Origin: a virus
DNA: 64,000 bases
Virus record (IMG/VR): IMGVR_UViG_3300045988_113203
Span: 1-64,000 of that record
Direction: 5' to 3' (one strand)
Shown: positions 1-8,814 of the stretch, piece by piece
Numbering within the stretch: the stretch's first letter is position 1
Layout: every line of letters begins with the position of its first letter
Made by a program: the position numbers and the translations under genes
Notes under the pieces: model-generated
Databases searched by the model: none
Told to the model about the DNA's origin: nothing
What the model saw: the letters and a program-made list of their open reading frames with translations, nothing else

Positions 1-105
1 TTCCAACAAAATTCAACTTCCTTCCAACAAAATTCAACTTCCTTCCAACAAAATTCAACTTCCTTCCAACAAAATTCAACTTCCTTCCAACAAAATTCAA
101 CAGAT
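1..105. repeat. Tandem direct repeats, 21-bp unit TTCCAACAAAATTCAACTTCC: four perfect copies plus a 17-bp partial fifth. Iteron-like (origin, pac or terminal-repeat candidate).
   Basis: Exact head-to-tail copies at 1-21, 22-42, 43-63, 64-84 and 85-101. The array starts at base 1, so it may continue upstream of the window. Confidence 0.9.
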
Positions 106-210
106 CAGCGTTTTAAAACAGCATAATGTAGGGTTTTCCAACAAAATTAAGACTTACAGTGCTTTAAAACAGCATAATGTGAGTTTATTCTACAAAATTC
201 AATAGGTTGG
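106..210. repeat. Degenerate copies of the 21-mer (about 133-155 and 183-205). A second motif, TTTAAAACAGCATAATGT, is present twice (about 111-129 and 157-175).
   Basis: Read directly from the sequence. The motifs alternate in an interspersed arrangement typical of iteron or origin regions. Confidence 0.7.
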
Positions 211-247
211 GAGTTGAAAACTATATTCTATAGATTAGTAGTAAGAT

Positions 248-475
248 TTGAGTAAGGAGGGAGAAGGTTCTATTTTTGGGGTGAAAGGAATAGAAGGTAG
301 TGATGGTATAGTATATGCTAAGGTAGTTAGCTGTGTAGATGTTAGGGATTACAGTTGTGAGAGTTGTATTTTTTATAATTGTTATAAGGGTAAATGTTTG
401 TTATCGCGTAGTGAGAGTTGTGTAGATGGAGACTGGCTTTGTGTGTACGAACAGGCTGCCATAGAGGGGGAGTAG
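248..475 (+). CDS. Hypothetical Cys-rich small protein (75 aa, TTG start in the ORF track)
   Basis: Open frame following GGAGGG. Several CxxC pairs. The start codon is uncertain. Confidence 0.35.
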   Translation: MSKEGEGSIFGVKGIEGSDGIVYAKVVSCVDVRDYSCESCIFYNCYKGKCLLSRSESCVDGDWLCVYEQAAIEGE

Positions 476-577
476 GCGGCGCCTTGGGCTAAGGCCTGCG
501 GTCGTAGGTAGAGCGTAGGTCGGAGCAGAGCCAGGACAGTTTATTGTGGAATGTAAAAATAAAAAGGAGGAAATAAC

Positions 578-658
578 ATGAAAAAGGCATTTAAGATATT
601 TTCTATCATGCTCGTTATTGAAATGGTATTGATATCTATTTTAGACGCTATGGCGTGA
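578..658 (+). CDS. Hypothetical 26-aa hydrophobic peptide (MKKAFKIFSIMLVIEMVLISILDAMA)
   Basis: Perfect Shine-Dalgarno AAAGGAGG 7 nt upstream of the ATG. Below the ORF-track length cutoff. Confidence 0.3.
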   Translation: MKKAFKIFSIMLVIEMVLISILDAMA

Positions 659-780
659 GAAGAATTTTCTTCATTAATTTTCTTATGCTTTAGACAGAAT
701 GCTCCCGTCTGCGAAGATCGGAGCATTTGCTTTATGGGATTCATGGTGCAACAGGTCGGTTCGATTCCGACGATCTCACA
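654..780 (+). other. tRNA-like structured element. It has a perfect T-arm (GTCGG-TTCGATT-CCGAC) followed by an acceptor-like GATCTCA, and is enclosed by a GTGAGA...TCTCAC stem.
   Basis: The GGTTCGATTCC T-loop consensus is visible. A full cloverleaf could not be folded by hand. The element sits between a stop codon and the next gene's Shine-Dalgarno site. Confidence 0.3.
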
Positions 781-809
781 CAATATTAAAAATAAAGGAG
801 GAAAGAAAA

Positions 810-1151
810 ATGAAAGACGGAATTGTATTACACCCAGAGTATGGAGTTAATCCATCCATAGAAATATGTATAGTATGCGGTGAAGAGATGGGGATTGCTT
901 TATTAGGAAATGGGATTAAAGGGCAGGCGCCGCATCATATATGCACGGGCGAAGTATGTGACAATTGCAAAAAGATAATAGATGATGGAGGTTGTTTTAT
1001 TATCGAAGTCGAGGATGGATCAGATCAAAAGAATCCGTATCGTACAGGAAGATATTGTGCGATAAAGAAAGAGGCAGCGAAGAAGCTATTTGGACAGGAG
1101 CATAATATTGTGTACATGGAAAAGTCTGCATACAGTCTAATAATACTATAA
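810..1151 (+). CDS. Hypothetical zinc-ribbon protein (114 aa; CxxC...CxxC)
   Basis: ATG preceded by AAAGGAGGAAAG. The ORF-track call 699..1151 has a long N-terminal extension with no Shine-Dalgarno site and is rejected. Confidence 0.6.
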   Translation: MKDGIVLHPEYGVNPSIEICIVCGEEMGIALLGNGIKGQAPHHICTGEVCDNCKKIIDDGGCFIIEVEDGSDQKNPYRTGRYCAIKKEAAKKLFGQEHNIVYMEKSAYSLIIL

Positions 1152-1166
1152 AAAACGAAGAGAGAT

Positions 1167-1481
1167 ATGTTTACAAAAGAAGAGCGATTATTCATATGGA
1201 AAAAGGTATATGAGATGATTGATAGGCAAGAGGATGGGGAATACATATGTGTTGCGTTAAGAAATGTAGTGTTTATGTATTTCAAAAAACATAAAAATAT
1301 CTATGGGTTTCGTTCAGACGAAATGGTGAGAATATATTTCCCGGAATTGGAGGAGAAGATAAGTATGGCCACAGAACCAGAGGAAACAAGAACGTTTTAT
1401 GGGTGGTTTGGTTGTATTAGTCCAGAAACGAAGGAGGTAAGGCTGAATATTGTGAAAGATATTATAAAAGAATTAGAATAG
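1167..1481 (+). CDS. Hypothetical protein (104 aa)
   Basis: ORF with compact spacing after the previous gene. Confidence 0.5.
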   Translation: MFTKEERLFIWKKVYEMIDRQEDGEYICVALRNVVFMYFKKHKNIYGFRSDEMVRIYFPELEEKISMATEPEETRTFYGWFGCISPETKEVRLNIVKDIIKELE

Positions 1482-1529
1482 TATTTTTGTTAATCTATTT
1501 TATTCATCAAATTAAGTTTTGGGTTTTGG

Positions 1530-1640
1530 CATGTCGGTTCGTGAGGATAGGCATGCCTATTTCTGTATCATAGAGGGGATGACGCGGCGTGCCGGTATGT
1601 ATGTGTCGGTCCTGGTTCGATTCTGGGCATCTCACAAACA
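1530..1640 (+). other. Second tRNA-like element (GGTTCGATTC T-loop, ATCTCACA tail, GTGAG...CTCAC closing stem). Related to the element at 654-780.
   Basis: Shares the GTCGGTTCG, GGTTCGATTC and ATCTCACA(A/C)A motifs with the first element. Intergenic, immediately upstream of a start codon. Confidence 0.3.
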
Positions 1641-1673
1641 ATAAAGCATAATCATATGGAAGTAAAATAAGAC

Positions 1674-1871
1674 ATGATGGGGGAATTTAATGCGAAAGAC
1701 GCCAATTTCTTATGGCGTCAAATTGGTAGGATTGATGGGGTGATAGAAACTCTGAACCGTACCGAAGGAGAGATGCCGGAAATTATAGCCGGAGTGCTAA
1801 AAAGAATAAGAGACGATATAGATAAGTTTGTAGATAATAAAACGAAAGATTATGAGAATATACAAGAATGA
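1674..1871 (+). CDS. Hypothetical protein (65 aa)
   Basis: ORF in the compact + strand block. Confidence 0.45.
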   Translation: MMGEFNAKDANFLWRQIGRIDGVIETLNRTEGEMPEIIAGVLKRIRDDIDKFVDNKTKDYENIQE

Positions 1872-2082
1872 TATTATAAAGGCGTCAGCGATAAGTACCG
1901 GCGCCGACAGAGGTGTGTTGCTGTGTTCAATAACAGATTCAGGATTCACGTCTATAGTGGGCGTAATATCGGCTGTTAAAGATAAGTTACCAGGCAAAGA
2001 TCATAAGAAGATGATTTTTGAAATACGGAATGATGGAAGAAACGAATATGGCAGATATAATAATTGTGGAGGAAAAATATGA
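1852..2082 (+). CDS. Hypothetical protein (76 aa)
   Basis: ORF overlapping the neighbouring genes by a few codons. Confidence 0.35.
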   Translation: MRIYKNDIIKASAISTGADRGVLLCSITDSGFTSIVGVISAVKDKLPGKDHKKMIFEIRNDGRNEYGRYNNCGGKI

Positions 2083-2291
2083 AATACAGAGGTCTGTTGC
2101 TCCCTATGATATTAGCTGCAATGTGCGGAGATGATGCCTTTGTGCTAAATACTAAAAGGGGAAAAGGAATGCAATCTACATATAGAAGAGAAAAGATTGT
2201 CAGAACAGAAAAAGAATTTGATATTAATGGTACTAAAGTAATGGCATACTCAAGAAAGGATGCTATTAAAAGATTAAAACATAAGAAGTAG
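2064..2291 (+). CDS. Hypothetical protein (75 aa)
   Basis: Shine-Dalgarno GGAGGAAAAAT followed by ATG. Confidence 0.5.
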   Translation: MWRKNMKYRGLLLPMILAAMCGDDAFVLNTKRGKGMQSTYRREKIVRTEKEFDINGTKVMAYSRKDAIKRLKHKK

Positions 2292-2399
2292 AAAACGGAT
2301 TTTATGTTAATGTTAGTTTTTTCATTTTTATTGAAAGGAGCGCCGGCCTGTGAAGGTATGCGCTCTTTGTATTTGTATAATGAATAGAACGATAATAAT

Positions 2400-2654
2400 A
2401 TGACAGATAATAACATAGATGTGAATATCGTACCTGTAAAGAATGGTGCGAAACGTGTTGTGGTATCATATTACCATTATTCACGCAAGGACAAAAATCA
2501 CATGAGTTCTCAAACGGATTACGTGTGGGAAACAAAGAATGAAGAAATGTTTAAATACTTTGAGGCCAGGAGGACAAAAGTATTTTATAGTCAGATTCGT
2601 GCCATGTGTAGATTCTATGGCAAGAAAAATGTACGTAAATACAAAAAATTATGA
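2400..2654 (+). CDS. Hypothetical protein (84 aa)
   Basis: ORF whose stop overlaps the next start (ATGA). Confidence 0.5.
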   Translation: MTDNNIDVNIVPVKNGAKRVVVSYYHYSRKDKNHMSSQTDYVWETKNEEMFKYFEARRTKVFYSQIRAMCRFYGKKNVRKYKKL

Positions 2655-3460
2655 TATTAAAAACAACAACCAACGAATTTTGTTTCATTAACGTAAGTTT
2701 TTATGAAACAGTAGCAGACCCGCGTCATTTCTTTTCACAGGAATATGATGAGATGCCGGAATATGAAGAAGAATCGGATTTTGATTTTGATTCTTATTGC
2801 AATAAGTTTATTCCTTTTGTACAGGAATGGGCGAATAAGGTGGGCGAACGCCTTTATGAATATGGTGTGAATAACATAAAGGTAATATCGGTCGGATATC
2901 CAAAAGAATACAATTATGATACTGATTGGATGAATGTAAGGGTAGAGTTTTGTGATGAATGGAGGCAAAAGATGTTATCTAACATTGGTAAGATTGTCAA
3001 TGATGATAAATGCAGGAAGTATGCGGAGGCTAATTACCGATCGGTACCAGGATACATCTTTTTAGGGCCTGAAGATTTAAATGAATTTGAAAAGAAAATA
3101 ATAGAAAGAAAGTCAGATTCCGGATATGATGTAACAATATTATTAAATATGTATCTAACTTTGGCTTTTGTAAAAGAATTTGGATTTAAAGCCGGAGAAG
3201 CATGGAGTGAAATAACAGAATATGCTTACGGATGTTTGTCGTATTCCGATTTTGCAACAACGGAAACGCTTATACCGGAAGGTTCGGAGTATTTATTCAA
3301 TGATGTGCATACAGCAGAAGCCGACGAATTATATCATCATGTCCTGGATAAATACGGATGGGCGTGGCGTGATCCGAAATATAAGTCAGAAACAGAATTA
3401 TGCGCAATGTTAAAATGGGCAAAAGAAAAAGGCTTGACCATTGAAGAGTTAAGTATTTAA
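2651..3460 (+). CDS. Hypothetical protein (269 aa)
   Basis: Long ORF with an ATGA start overlap. No recognisable motif. Confidence 0.6.
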   Translation: MILKTTTNEFCFINVSFYETVADPRHFFSQEYDEMPEYEEESDFDFDSYCNKFIPFVQEWANKVGERLYEYGVNNIKVISVGYPKEYNYDTDWMNVRVEFCDEWRQKMLSNIGKIVNDDKCRKYAEANYRSVPGYIFLGPEDLNEFEKKIIERKSDSGYDVTILLNMYLTLAFVKEFGFKAGEAWSEITEYAYGCLSYSDFATTETLIPEGSEYLFNDVHTAEADELYHHVLDKYGWAWRDPKYKSETELCAMLKWAKEKGLTIEELSI

Positions 3461-3523
3461 TTGTTAAACATAAGGCAGTATTGGTGCGTGAGCATAGGTG
3501 CTGCCGTTAAAATATTTTATAAG

Positions 3524-3772
3524 ATGAAAAAAGAAGAGATTCAAACTATTTTATACACAATCAAAGAAGGAGACAGTATTAAGATCAAAGTACAAGACAA
3601 AAGTGAAGAAATAAGACTGCGGGATCATGTAAGAAGAACGCAGAAATACGGATACAGGTTTTGTTTGTCTCATTTACATGATGGAATTTTCTATCTGGAG
3701 AAGTTGGAAGAAGGGGATAAGGATAAATACTATAGAGTAATAAACAGAGGAAATGGAAAGACCGGAGTATAA
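3524..3772 (+). CDS. Hypothetical protein (about 82 aa; start moved to the ATG at MKKEE)
   Basis: The ORF-track start is TTG at 3461. An internal ATG is more plausible. Confidence 0.4.
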   Translation: MKKEEIQTILYTIKEGDSIKIKVQDKSEEIRLRDHVRRTQKYGYRFCLSHLHDGIFYLEKLEEGDKDKYYRVINRGNGKTGV

Positions 3773-4046
3773 TAAGCTACGCAAAATGGCTAAGACTACT
3801 CCAGGTCTGATAGTGGACGAGGCACAAAACATGATGCGTGTATCGCTATACGATAATGGGGAACTTAAGAAGGTGGTAGTGGTAATGAAATGCGATTCTT
3901 TTTTACAGTCAAAAAGTAACATAGAAAAGATAATGTTATTATCATCTTCTATAGAAGATAGAAAAAACAAAGAAAAAAATAAAACAAAATCAGAAAATGA
4001 ACAGAATAACAAAAATAAGAGAAGAAATAGGAGGAAAACAGGTTGA
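3753..4046 (+). CDS. Hypothetical protein with a K/N-rich basic tail (97 aa)
   Basis: ORF. Overlaps the following gene by about 50 nt. Start uncertain. Confidence 0.35.
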   Translation: MERPEYNKLRKMAKTTPGLIVDEAQNMMRVSLYDNGELKKVVVVMKCDSFLQSKSNIEKIMLLSSSIEDRKNKEKNKTKSENEQNNKNKRRNRRKTG

Positions 4047-4380
4047 TTTAACCTTTTACGGGCGCTTTTGCAGCCTTATCGAAGGTGATAGAAAGATAAT
4101 ACTAAAGGCAATAAAAAACGGTCGTAAGAAGGGCGTAATCGGAGCCATTCAACCTGGGAGACATGACAGAATTTGGACCACATGGTCTATTGCTTTTGAT
4201 GATCTGAAGGTAGGGGATACAGTAGAGTTCACTACATCCGGAAAATATAATCCCGGATTTCATACTACGGAAACGTATGTAGGATGTGTAGAATGGATAA
4301 AAGGATCGGAATGTGCGATAAAAACCGGCAATGGAATGGCGGTAGTATTAATTAAACACGTGGAAAGGGTAGTGAAATGA
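3997..4380 (+). CDS. Hypothetical protein (127 aa)
   Basis: ORF. Confidence 0.5.
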   Translation: MNRITKIREEIGGKQVDLTFYGRFCSLIEGDRKIILKAIKNGRKKGVIGAIQPGRHDRIWTTWSIAFDDLKVGDTVEFTTSGKYNPGFHTTETYVGCVEWIKGSECAIKTGNGMAVVLIKHVERVVK

Positions 4381-4661
4381 TGGGGTTGAGAGAATTTGTG
4401 GAACTTTTTGACAAGAATGAAGTAAAGAATTTGTTTAATGCATTGTCTTTATGTATAGAATACGTAAGGATAGATTTGCATGTATTTAATATAGGTGCCT
4501 ATGTTACGTGCCTGTACAGTAATGATCTTGAATCGCTTTCACAGACAGAAGGTTGTAATGTGAATATGATAATAGAGGTACCACACTTATTCGAAGCATT
4601 CATGGAATACGCTTCACCGGAAATGAAGTTGTATTACGAAAAACTAACAGAGACAGTATAA
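4377..4661 (+). CDS. Hypothetical protein (94 aa)
   Basis: ORF with an ATGA overlap. Confidence 0.5.
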   Translation: MMGLREFVELFDKNEVKNLFNALSLCIEYVRIDLHVFNIGAYVTCLYSNDLESLSQTEGCNVNMIIEVPHLFEAFMEYASPEMKLYYEKLTETV

Positions 4662-4662
4662 T

Positions 4663-5136
4663 ATGAAAGAGGAAGTAGAACGGATAAAGAAGTTGGTTGG
4701 CATAGATCATAATAGATGGGAGCAGCCTTGTACATGTGATAAATGCAAGAACATGTGTGAGGTTCCTTGTATTGGTACGCCAAAAGACATAGAAGCTATC
4801 ATAGATGCCGGATACGCTGACAGATTAAAAGAAACAATGTGGATGGTAGGGTATCTTGCAGTGAAAGAAAAACCAATAGCGATGATCCAGCCAACAGTGA
4901 AAGACGGGTGGTGCGCATTCCGCCGGCCGGACGGTCTATGCGAGCTGCATGACCGTGGACTGAAGCCGACCGAAGGAGTTCTGGCTTCTTGTAAGATGAT
5001 TGAAGAAGACAATATTCCAACATATGAAACGTCTGTACTTAGAGCAGTAGCTCATGAGTGGGTTAAGGTGGAGAACTTCGAAAATGTAATGAAGGTCGTT
5101 TTTAAATTTTTGCATGAAAATGAACGTGGAAAATAA
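4663..5136 (+). CDS. Hypothetical Cys-rich protein (157 aa). Contains a GC-rich island at about 4900-4960.
   Basis: ORF with multiple Cys residues (possible metal-binding). Confidence 0.55.
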   Translation: MKEEVERIKKLVGIDHNRWEQPCTCDKCKNMCEVPCIGTPKDIEAIIDAGYADRLKETMWMVGYLAVKEKPIAMIQPTVKDGWCAFRRPDGLCELHDRGLKPTEGVLASCKMIEEDNIPTYETSVLRAVAHEWVKVENFENVMKVVFKFLHENERGK

Positions 5137-5524
5137 ATTAGATAAAGTGGTTAAGATCCTAAAAGAAAAAGGATTTGTAGTATATAGAAAGGGTGGGAAA
5201 GAGCCAGGTGTGTTTTACGCTAAAGAAGGTGACAGTCGAATAGGGTTCGTTTATCCTAATAACGGATATATATATGACAGAATAAAAATGTGGTCTTTTT
5301 CAAGAATGTACAAACCACATAAGAAAACCGGATCTTCGTGCTTAATGTGTGTCAGCGACGAATTTACGATAGAGAATGCGATTAAGAACATAGAGGATAG
5401 ACTGTGGGTAAATTGCATAAAAGACGGTAGCAGAAAACGACCAGAAGAATATAAAAATATAAGAGAATTTGTTGGTAGCTTCACTAAATTCTACAGCTCT
5501 GTAGAATTAGTTGAAGTTAAGTAG
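5114..5524 (+). CDS. Hypothetical protein (136 aa)
   Basis: ORF. Confidence 0.5.
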   Translation: MKMNVENKLDKVVKILKEKGFVVYRKGGKEPGVFYAKEGDSRIGFVYPNNGYIYDRIKMWSFSRMYKPHKKTGSSCLMCVSDEFTIENAIKNIEDRLWVNCIKDGSRKRPEEYKNIREFVGSFTKFYSSVELVEVK

Positions 5525-5602
5525 TTTTCCATGTAAGTTAGTTGCCGGCACTGGTCTGTGAAGACAGGTGTCGTTTTTTTTATTCAAGGAAGGAGGACAA
5601 AG

Positions 5603-6121
5603 ATGGAGAAAATAAGAATAGAAGTAGACAAAGTGATATTATACTATATGGATCGGGTAGACCCTGACGGGAACCTATACCGGTTCTATGTATATAAAGA
5701 TATGGCATCTGAAATAGAATACTTTTGTACGGAAGAGGCAGGTAATATGACTATACCAATCGGAGAAGGAAAGTATATTGAAATCGTGCCAAGGGAAATA
5801 GTGAAAATACCAGTAAGGGGATACAGAAGGCTTGCTGGAAAATGGAATTGTGAGACATGTTATGGGAAAGGCTGGTATAGGCTTTTTAATTATTTCAAAT
5901 ACAAGCCAGACATATGTTATATTAAAAACATAGGGCGTGATAAAAATGGAAACACAAGATATGAAATATCATTATTTAATGCCACTATGAATGTGACAAG
6001 GTATTTTAATCTGTGGAGAATGAAGCCAGGGAAGCATGCTATGATAACAAACGAGTACAGAGCCGATATTATAAAAGAAAAATTTGATAACATAAATATT
6101 GTGAGATATGGATCTAAATAA
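5603..6121 (+). CDS. Hypothetical protein (about 172 aa; start at MEKIRIEV)
   Basis: Shine-Dalgarno GGAAGGAGG followed by ATG. The ORF-track start at 5558 is rejected. Confidence 0.55.
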   Translation: MEKIRIEVDKVILYYMDRVDPDGNLYRFYVYKDMASEIEYFCTEEAGNMTIPIGEGKYIEIVPREIVKIPVRGYRRLAGKWNCETCYGKGWYRLFNYFKYKPDICYIKNIGRDKNGNTRYEISLFNATMNVTRYFNLWRMKPGKHAMITNEYRADIIKEKFDNINIVRYGSK

Positions 6122-6476
6122 ATTGTATAAAGAAATAGAAGAAGCAGAGGCCAGTCTGAATGCAAAGAGATTAGAGTACATCAGAGAAGCATTAGCAGAA
6201 AACAATGGAAATATAAAGCTAAAATTTAAAGAGTTTAAAGAGTTTAAAGAAACTAATGATGCGTTTGACTTTGATGATCAGTTTCCAGTGGTAATAGAAA
6301 TTGATGGAATTTCTATGTATTTAACGGAAGTGTATGTCAAAAAAAACGATTTTCGTGTAGTCATGCTGGATTATACTGATATGGCTTTTTATGATTATAA
6401 TAATCCAGGGGAAAATGAACAGGTTGCTTATTTTATTAACTATTGCTTAAATCAAGACAAAGATGGGGAAGAGTAG
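6108..6476 (+). CDS. Hypothetical acidic protein (122 aa) with a KEFKEFKE repeat
   Basis: ORF. Contains a GAGTTTAAA x3 in-frame repeat. Confidence 0.5.
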   Translation: MDLNKLYKEIEEAEASLNAKRLEYIREALAENNGNIKLKFKEFKEFKETNDAFDFDDQFPVVIEIDGISMYLTEVYVKKNDFRVVMLDYTDMAFYDYNNPGENEQVAYFINYCLNQDKDGEE

Positions 6477-6651
6477 GAAAGATTATGAGAAGTATCTTAA
6501 CTCCATATCTCCAGATAGAGACGATGAAGCATGGATCATTGGAGGAAAGAACAGGTATTGCGGTAGAGAGAATTATGGTACTATGATCAAAAGGTATGAT
6601 CCTATTGGTTTTAACGTAGGGTACAGGGAGTGGGCAGAACAGCCAGAGTAA
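6463..6651 (+). CDS. Hypothetical protein (62 aa)
   Basis: ORF, followed by a GC-rich hairpin element. Confidence 0.45.
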   Translation: MGKSRKDYEKYLNSISPDRDDEAWIIGGKNRYCGRENYGTMIKRYDPIGFNVGYREWAEQPE

Positions 6652-6753
6652 GGCGGCGCCTGCCCTGCCATGAGGTCAGCCTGGCTGTCTGTGGCCAGGA
6701 CCGTACATTAGTCAGATAGTGAACGACGAAAACAATACAAATGTTTGTTAATT

Positions 6754-7224
6754 ATGAGAGTAGAAGATTTAACGAAGTTTGAAGGAGAATGTCCTAACAT
6801 AGTCGTATTTGGTACATATATGGATATTAGGGTTCCATTAACGAAGAAATGGAAGAAAATTATTAACGAGAGGGGAGATAAGCCAAACACGTATCATAAC
6901 TGTTTGATTAGTTATATCTCAGAGCAGATCGTGTTGTCCGGATTCAACATGAAAAGCATCGGGAACCTGTTAATAAAGGGAATCGTTTTCAATCAAAACG
7001 ATTACTATAAGTATAACGACGTAGGAGGATTCCCGGCAACTATCAACGATTTGGGATATTGGGATAAAAACAGGGTAGAGCCAAATGAAGATTTTCACAC
7101 TGTTAGGCTGTTTAATACAGTAAGTGTATATGGATTGATGTTTGGGCCCATAAAACAAAATAATTTCATTACGTTAAAAAACGATATAATGCAGATTAAT
7201 GTTGGCAGCATAACTTACATCTAA
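6754..7224 (+). CDS. Hypothetical protein (about 156 aa)
   Basis: ORF. First in-frame ATG used. Confidence 0.55.
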   Translation: MRVEDLTKFEGECPNIVVFGTYMDIRVPLTKKWKKIINERGDKPNTYHNCLISYISEQIVLSGFNMKSIGNLLIKGIVFNQNDYYKYNDVGGFPATINDLGYWDKNRVEPNEDFHTVRLFNTVSVYGLMFGPIKQNNFITLKNDIMQINVGSITYI

Positions 7225-7235
7225 AGAGATAAATC

Positions 7236-7535
7236 ATGAAGCTATTATATTTAGTAGAGTCAGGAGAATCGAAGTTCCTTGTCTTTGACGAAATGCCTGA
7301 TAAAATTAGCACAAAGTACGGAGATGATACCATTATTGGAAGGATAGGAGGTATATTCTATGATTTCCTTGCAAAGAGAAATGAGCGAAGAGAAGCTTTC
7401 GGAGGTAGAAAGTTCGATATCGTACTTGACAACGGGGAGATAGAGAAGTGTGAAGGGCAATGGTGGGATGCGGCCTGCATCACATGGCGTAAGGCTACAG
7501 TAGATGAAATTATTGAACATTTTAAAAGCAGATAA
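7236..7535 (+). CDS. Hypothetical protein (99 aa)
   Basis: ORF. Confidence 0.5.
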   Translation: MKLLYLVESGESKFLVFDEMPDKISTKYGDDTIIGRIGGIFYDFLAKRNERREAFGGRKFDIVLDNGEIEKCEGQWWDAACITWRKATVDEIIEHFKSR

Positions 7536-7537
7536 TT

Positions 7538-7951
7538 ATGGGATATATATGTACAAGATGTGGTGGAACAAAGGTTGCTTGTGAAGCCATAGTAAATCCG
7601 AATACCAGAGAAATAATAGATTATCTTGATGAATCTTTCGCGCATGCTATTTGCGGGGATTGCGAAAACGAGGTAATAATATCTAACGTTGAAGAAGTCA
7701 AACATGAAATTGATTTAAGATTTCATGAATTTGTAGAAAGAACAGGGAAGGAGCCTGAATACGTAGAATGTCAGATTGTACGGAAAGAGACAGGAGATGA
7801 ACAAAGAAAGACAATAAAACTATCATTGAGCATCAACGATGATGACAATGATGATGTTTTTTGTTATTGCAATGGGATAGAATCGTTTAAGCAACTTGCT
7901 GAATACGGAGTGGGAAAATTTATCGTAACATTTTGTTGGAGTTTCTTTTAA
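7538..7951 (+). CDS. Hypothetical zinc-ribbon protein (137 aa; CxxC...CxxC)
   Basis: ORF. Cys pairs at the N-terminus. Confidence 0.55.
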   Translation: MGYICTRCGGTKVACEAIVNPNTREIIDYLDESFAHAICGDCENEVIISNVEEVKHEIDLRFHEFVERTGKEPEYVECQIVRKETGDEQRKTIKLSLSINDDDNDDVFCYCNGIESFKQLAEYGVGKFIVTFCWSFF

Positions 7952-7964
7952 AACCTATACAGAT

Positions 7965-8330
7965 ATGAAAATAATAAAAATTCCTATTACAGAGCAAAAC
8001 AAAGAAGTCTATTGGTCTAGAAACAAAGATAAGAAGGCTTGGGAGAAGTTAATGAGTGAGTGCCCATTCATGACATCAAAAGAGTTTTGGAATAATGAAT
8101 GGGAAGAATTTGATAAAGAAGAGATTTCGACGCATTGGTATTTCATTGTTGGCAAACCGGAATCGATAATAGATGAGTTGATTAATTTGAAGATAGGGGA
8201 CACAAACGTATTCTATCCAAATATAAAGGAGAATAGACCTTGGGATATTGAAGAAATGGACTGGTATGATCTTAGAGAACATGCCAATACCATGAGTGAT
8301 TTTATTCAGAAATTATATAACTACATTTAA
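7965..8330 (+). CDS. Hypothetical protein (121 aa)
   Basis: ORF. Confidence 0.5.
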   Translation: MKIIKIPITEQNKEVYWSRNKDKKAWEKLMSECPFMTSKEFWNNEWEEFDKEEISTHWYFIVGKPESIIDELINLKIGDTNVFYPNIKENRPWDIEEMDWYDLREHANTMSDFIQKLYNYI

Positions 8331-8340
8331 AAAATGCTTT

Positions 8341-8814
8341 ATGAATGGAATAATATTTGAATTAGAAGAAAAGTCGAAATATACAGGGAGATACATGGAT
8401 GGGGAAATCTCCTATAATGACACATCTATAGATTACACGAAAGAAATACGAGAATGTGACAGAAAGAGTGAGATCAAGGATTTATTAAATGACCCTTGTC
8501 TTGGTAAAATATTTGAAAAGGGGGAAGTTGATGATGAAATTATATATAATGGTAATATAGAAGATGTAAAAGAGGAATGGATGCGTGCTATACAAAATGG
8601 GGTAGATAAAATGAATGTTAACAAAGATATGAATGGGCATAATCTTATTTATGTAATAAAATATGGGATTTGCAGATACGCGTATCGTATTTGCATTGAT
8701 TCATATCCGGGATATGTTGTAAAAGATCCAATAACACTAATAGAATGGATTCAAGGTTTAAAGCCTGGAACCGTCATTAAAATAAGAGGAATATTCATTT
8801 ATCATTTTTTATAA
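8341..8814 (+). CDS. Hypothetical protein (about 157 aa; start at MNGIIFELEE)
   Basis: ORF. The in-frame ATG just after the previous stop is preferred over the overlapping start at 8296. Confidence 0.5.
   Translation: MNGIIFELEEKSKYTGRYMDGEISYNDTSIDYTKEIRECDRKSEIKDLLNDPCLGKIFEKGEVDDEIIYNGNIEDVKEEWMRAIQNGVDKMNVNKDMNGHNLIYVIKYGICRYAYRICIDSYPGYVVKDPITLIEWIQGLKPGTVIKIRGIFIYHFL

Noticed and set aside
1-105. CRISPR array
   Set aside because: Identical 21-bp units abut each other with no spacers. This is a tandem iteron array, not repeat-spacer architecture, and no cas genes are present.
654-780. Canonical tRNA gene call based on the GGTTCGATTCC T-loop
   Set aside because: No 7-bp acceptor stem complementary to GATCTCA could be found within a tRNA-compatible distance, and no D-arm or anticodon arm fold emerged by hand. 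Reported only as a tRNA-like element.
699-809. Long N-terminal extension of ORF 699..1151
   Set aside because: The extension overlaps the tRNA-like element and has no ribosome-binding site. The strong Shine-Dalgarno plus ATG at 810 is the evident start.
1530-1640. Second canonical tRNA call
   Set aside because: Same problem. The T-stem needs two G-U pairs, and the only acceptor-like pairing partner lies about 97 nt upstream.
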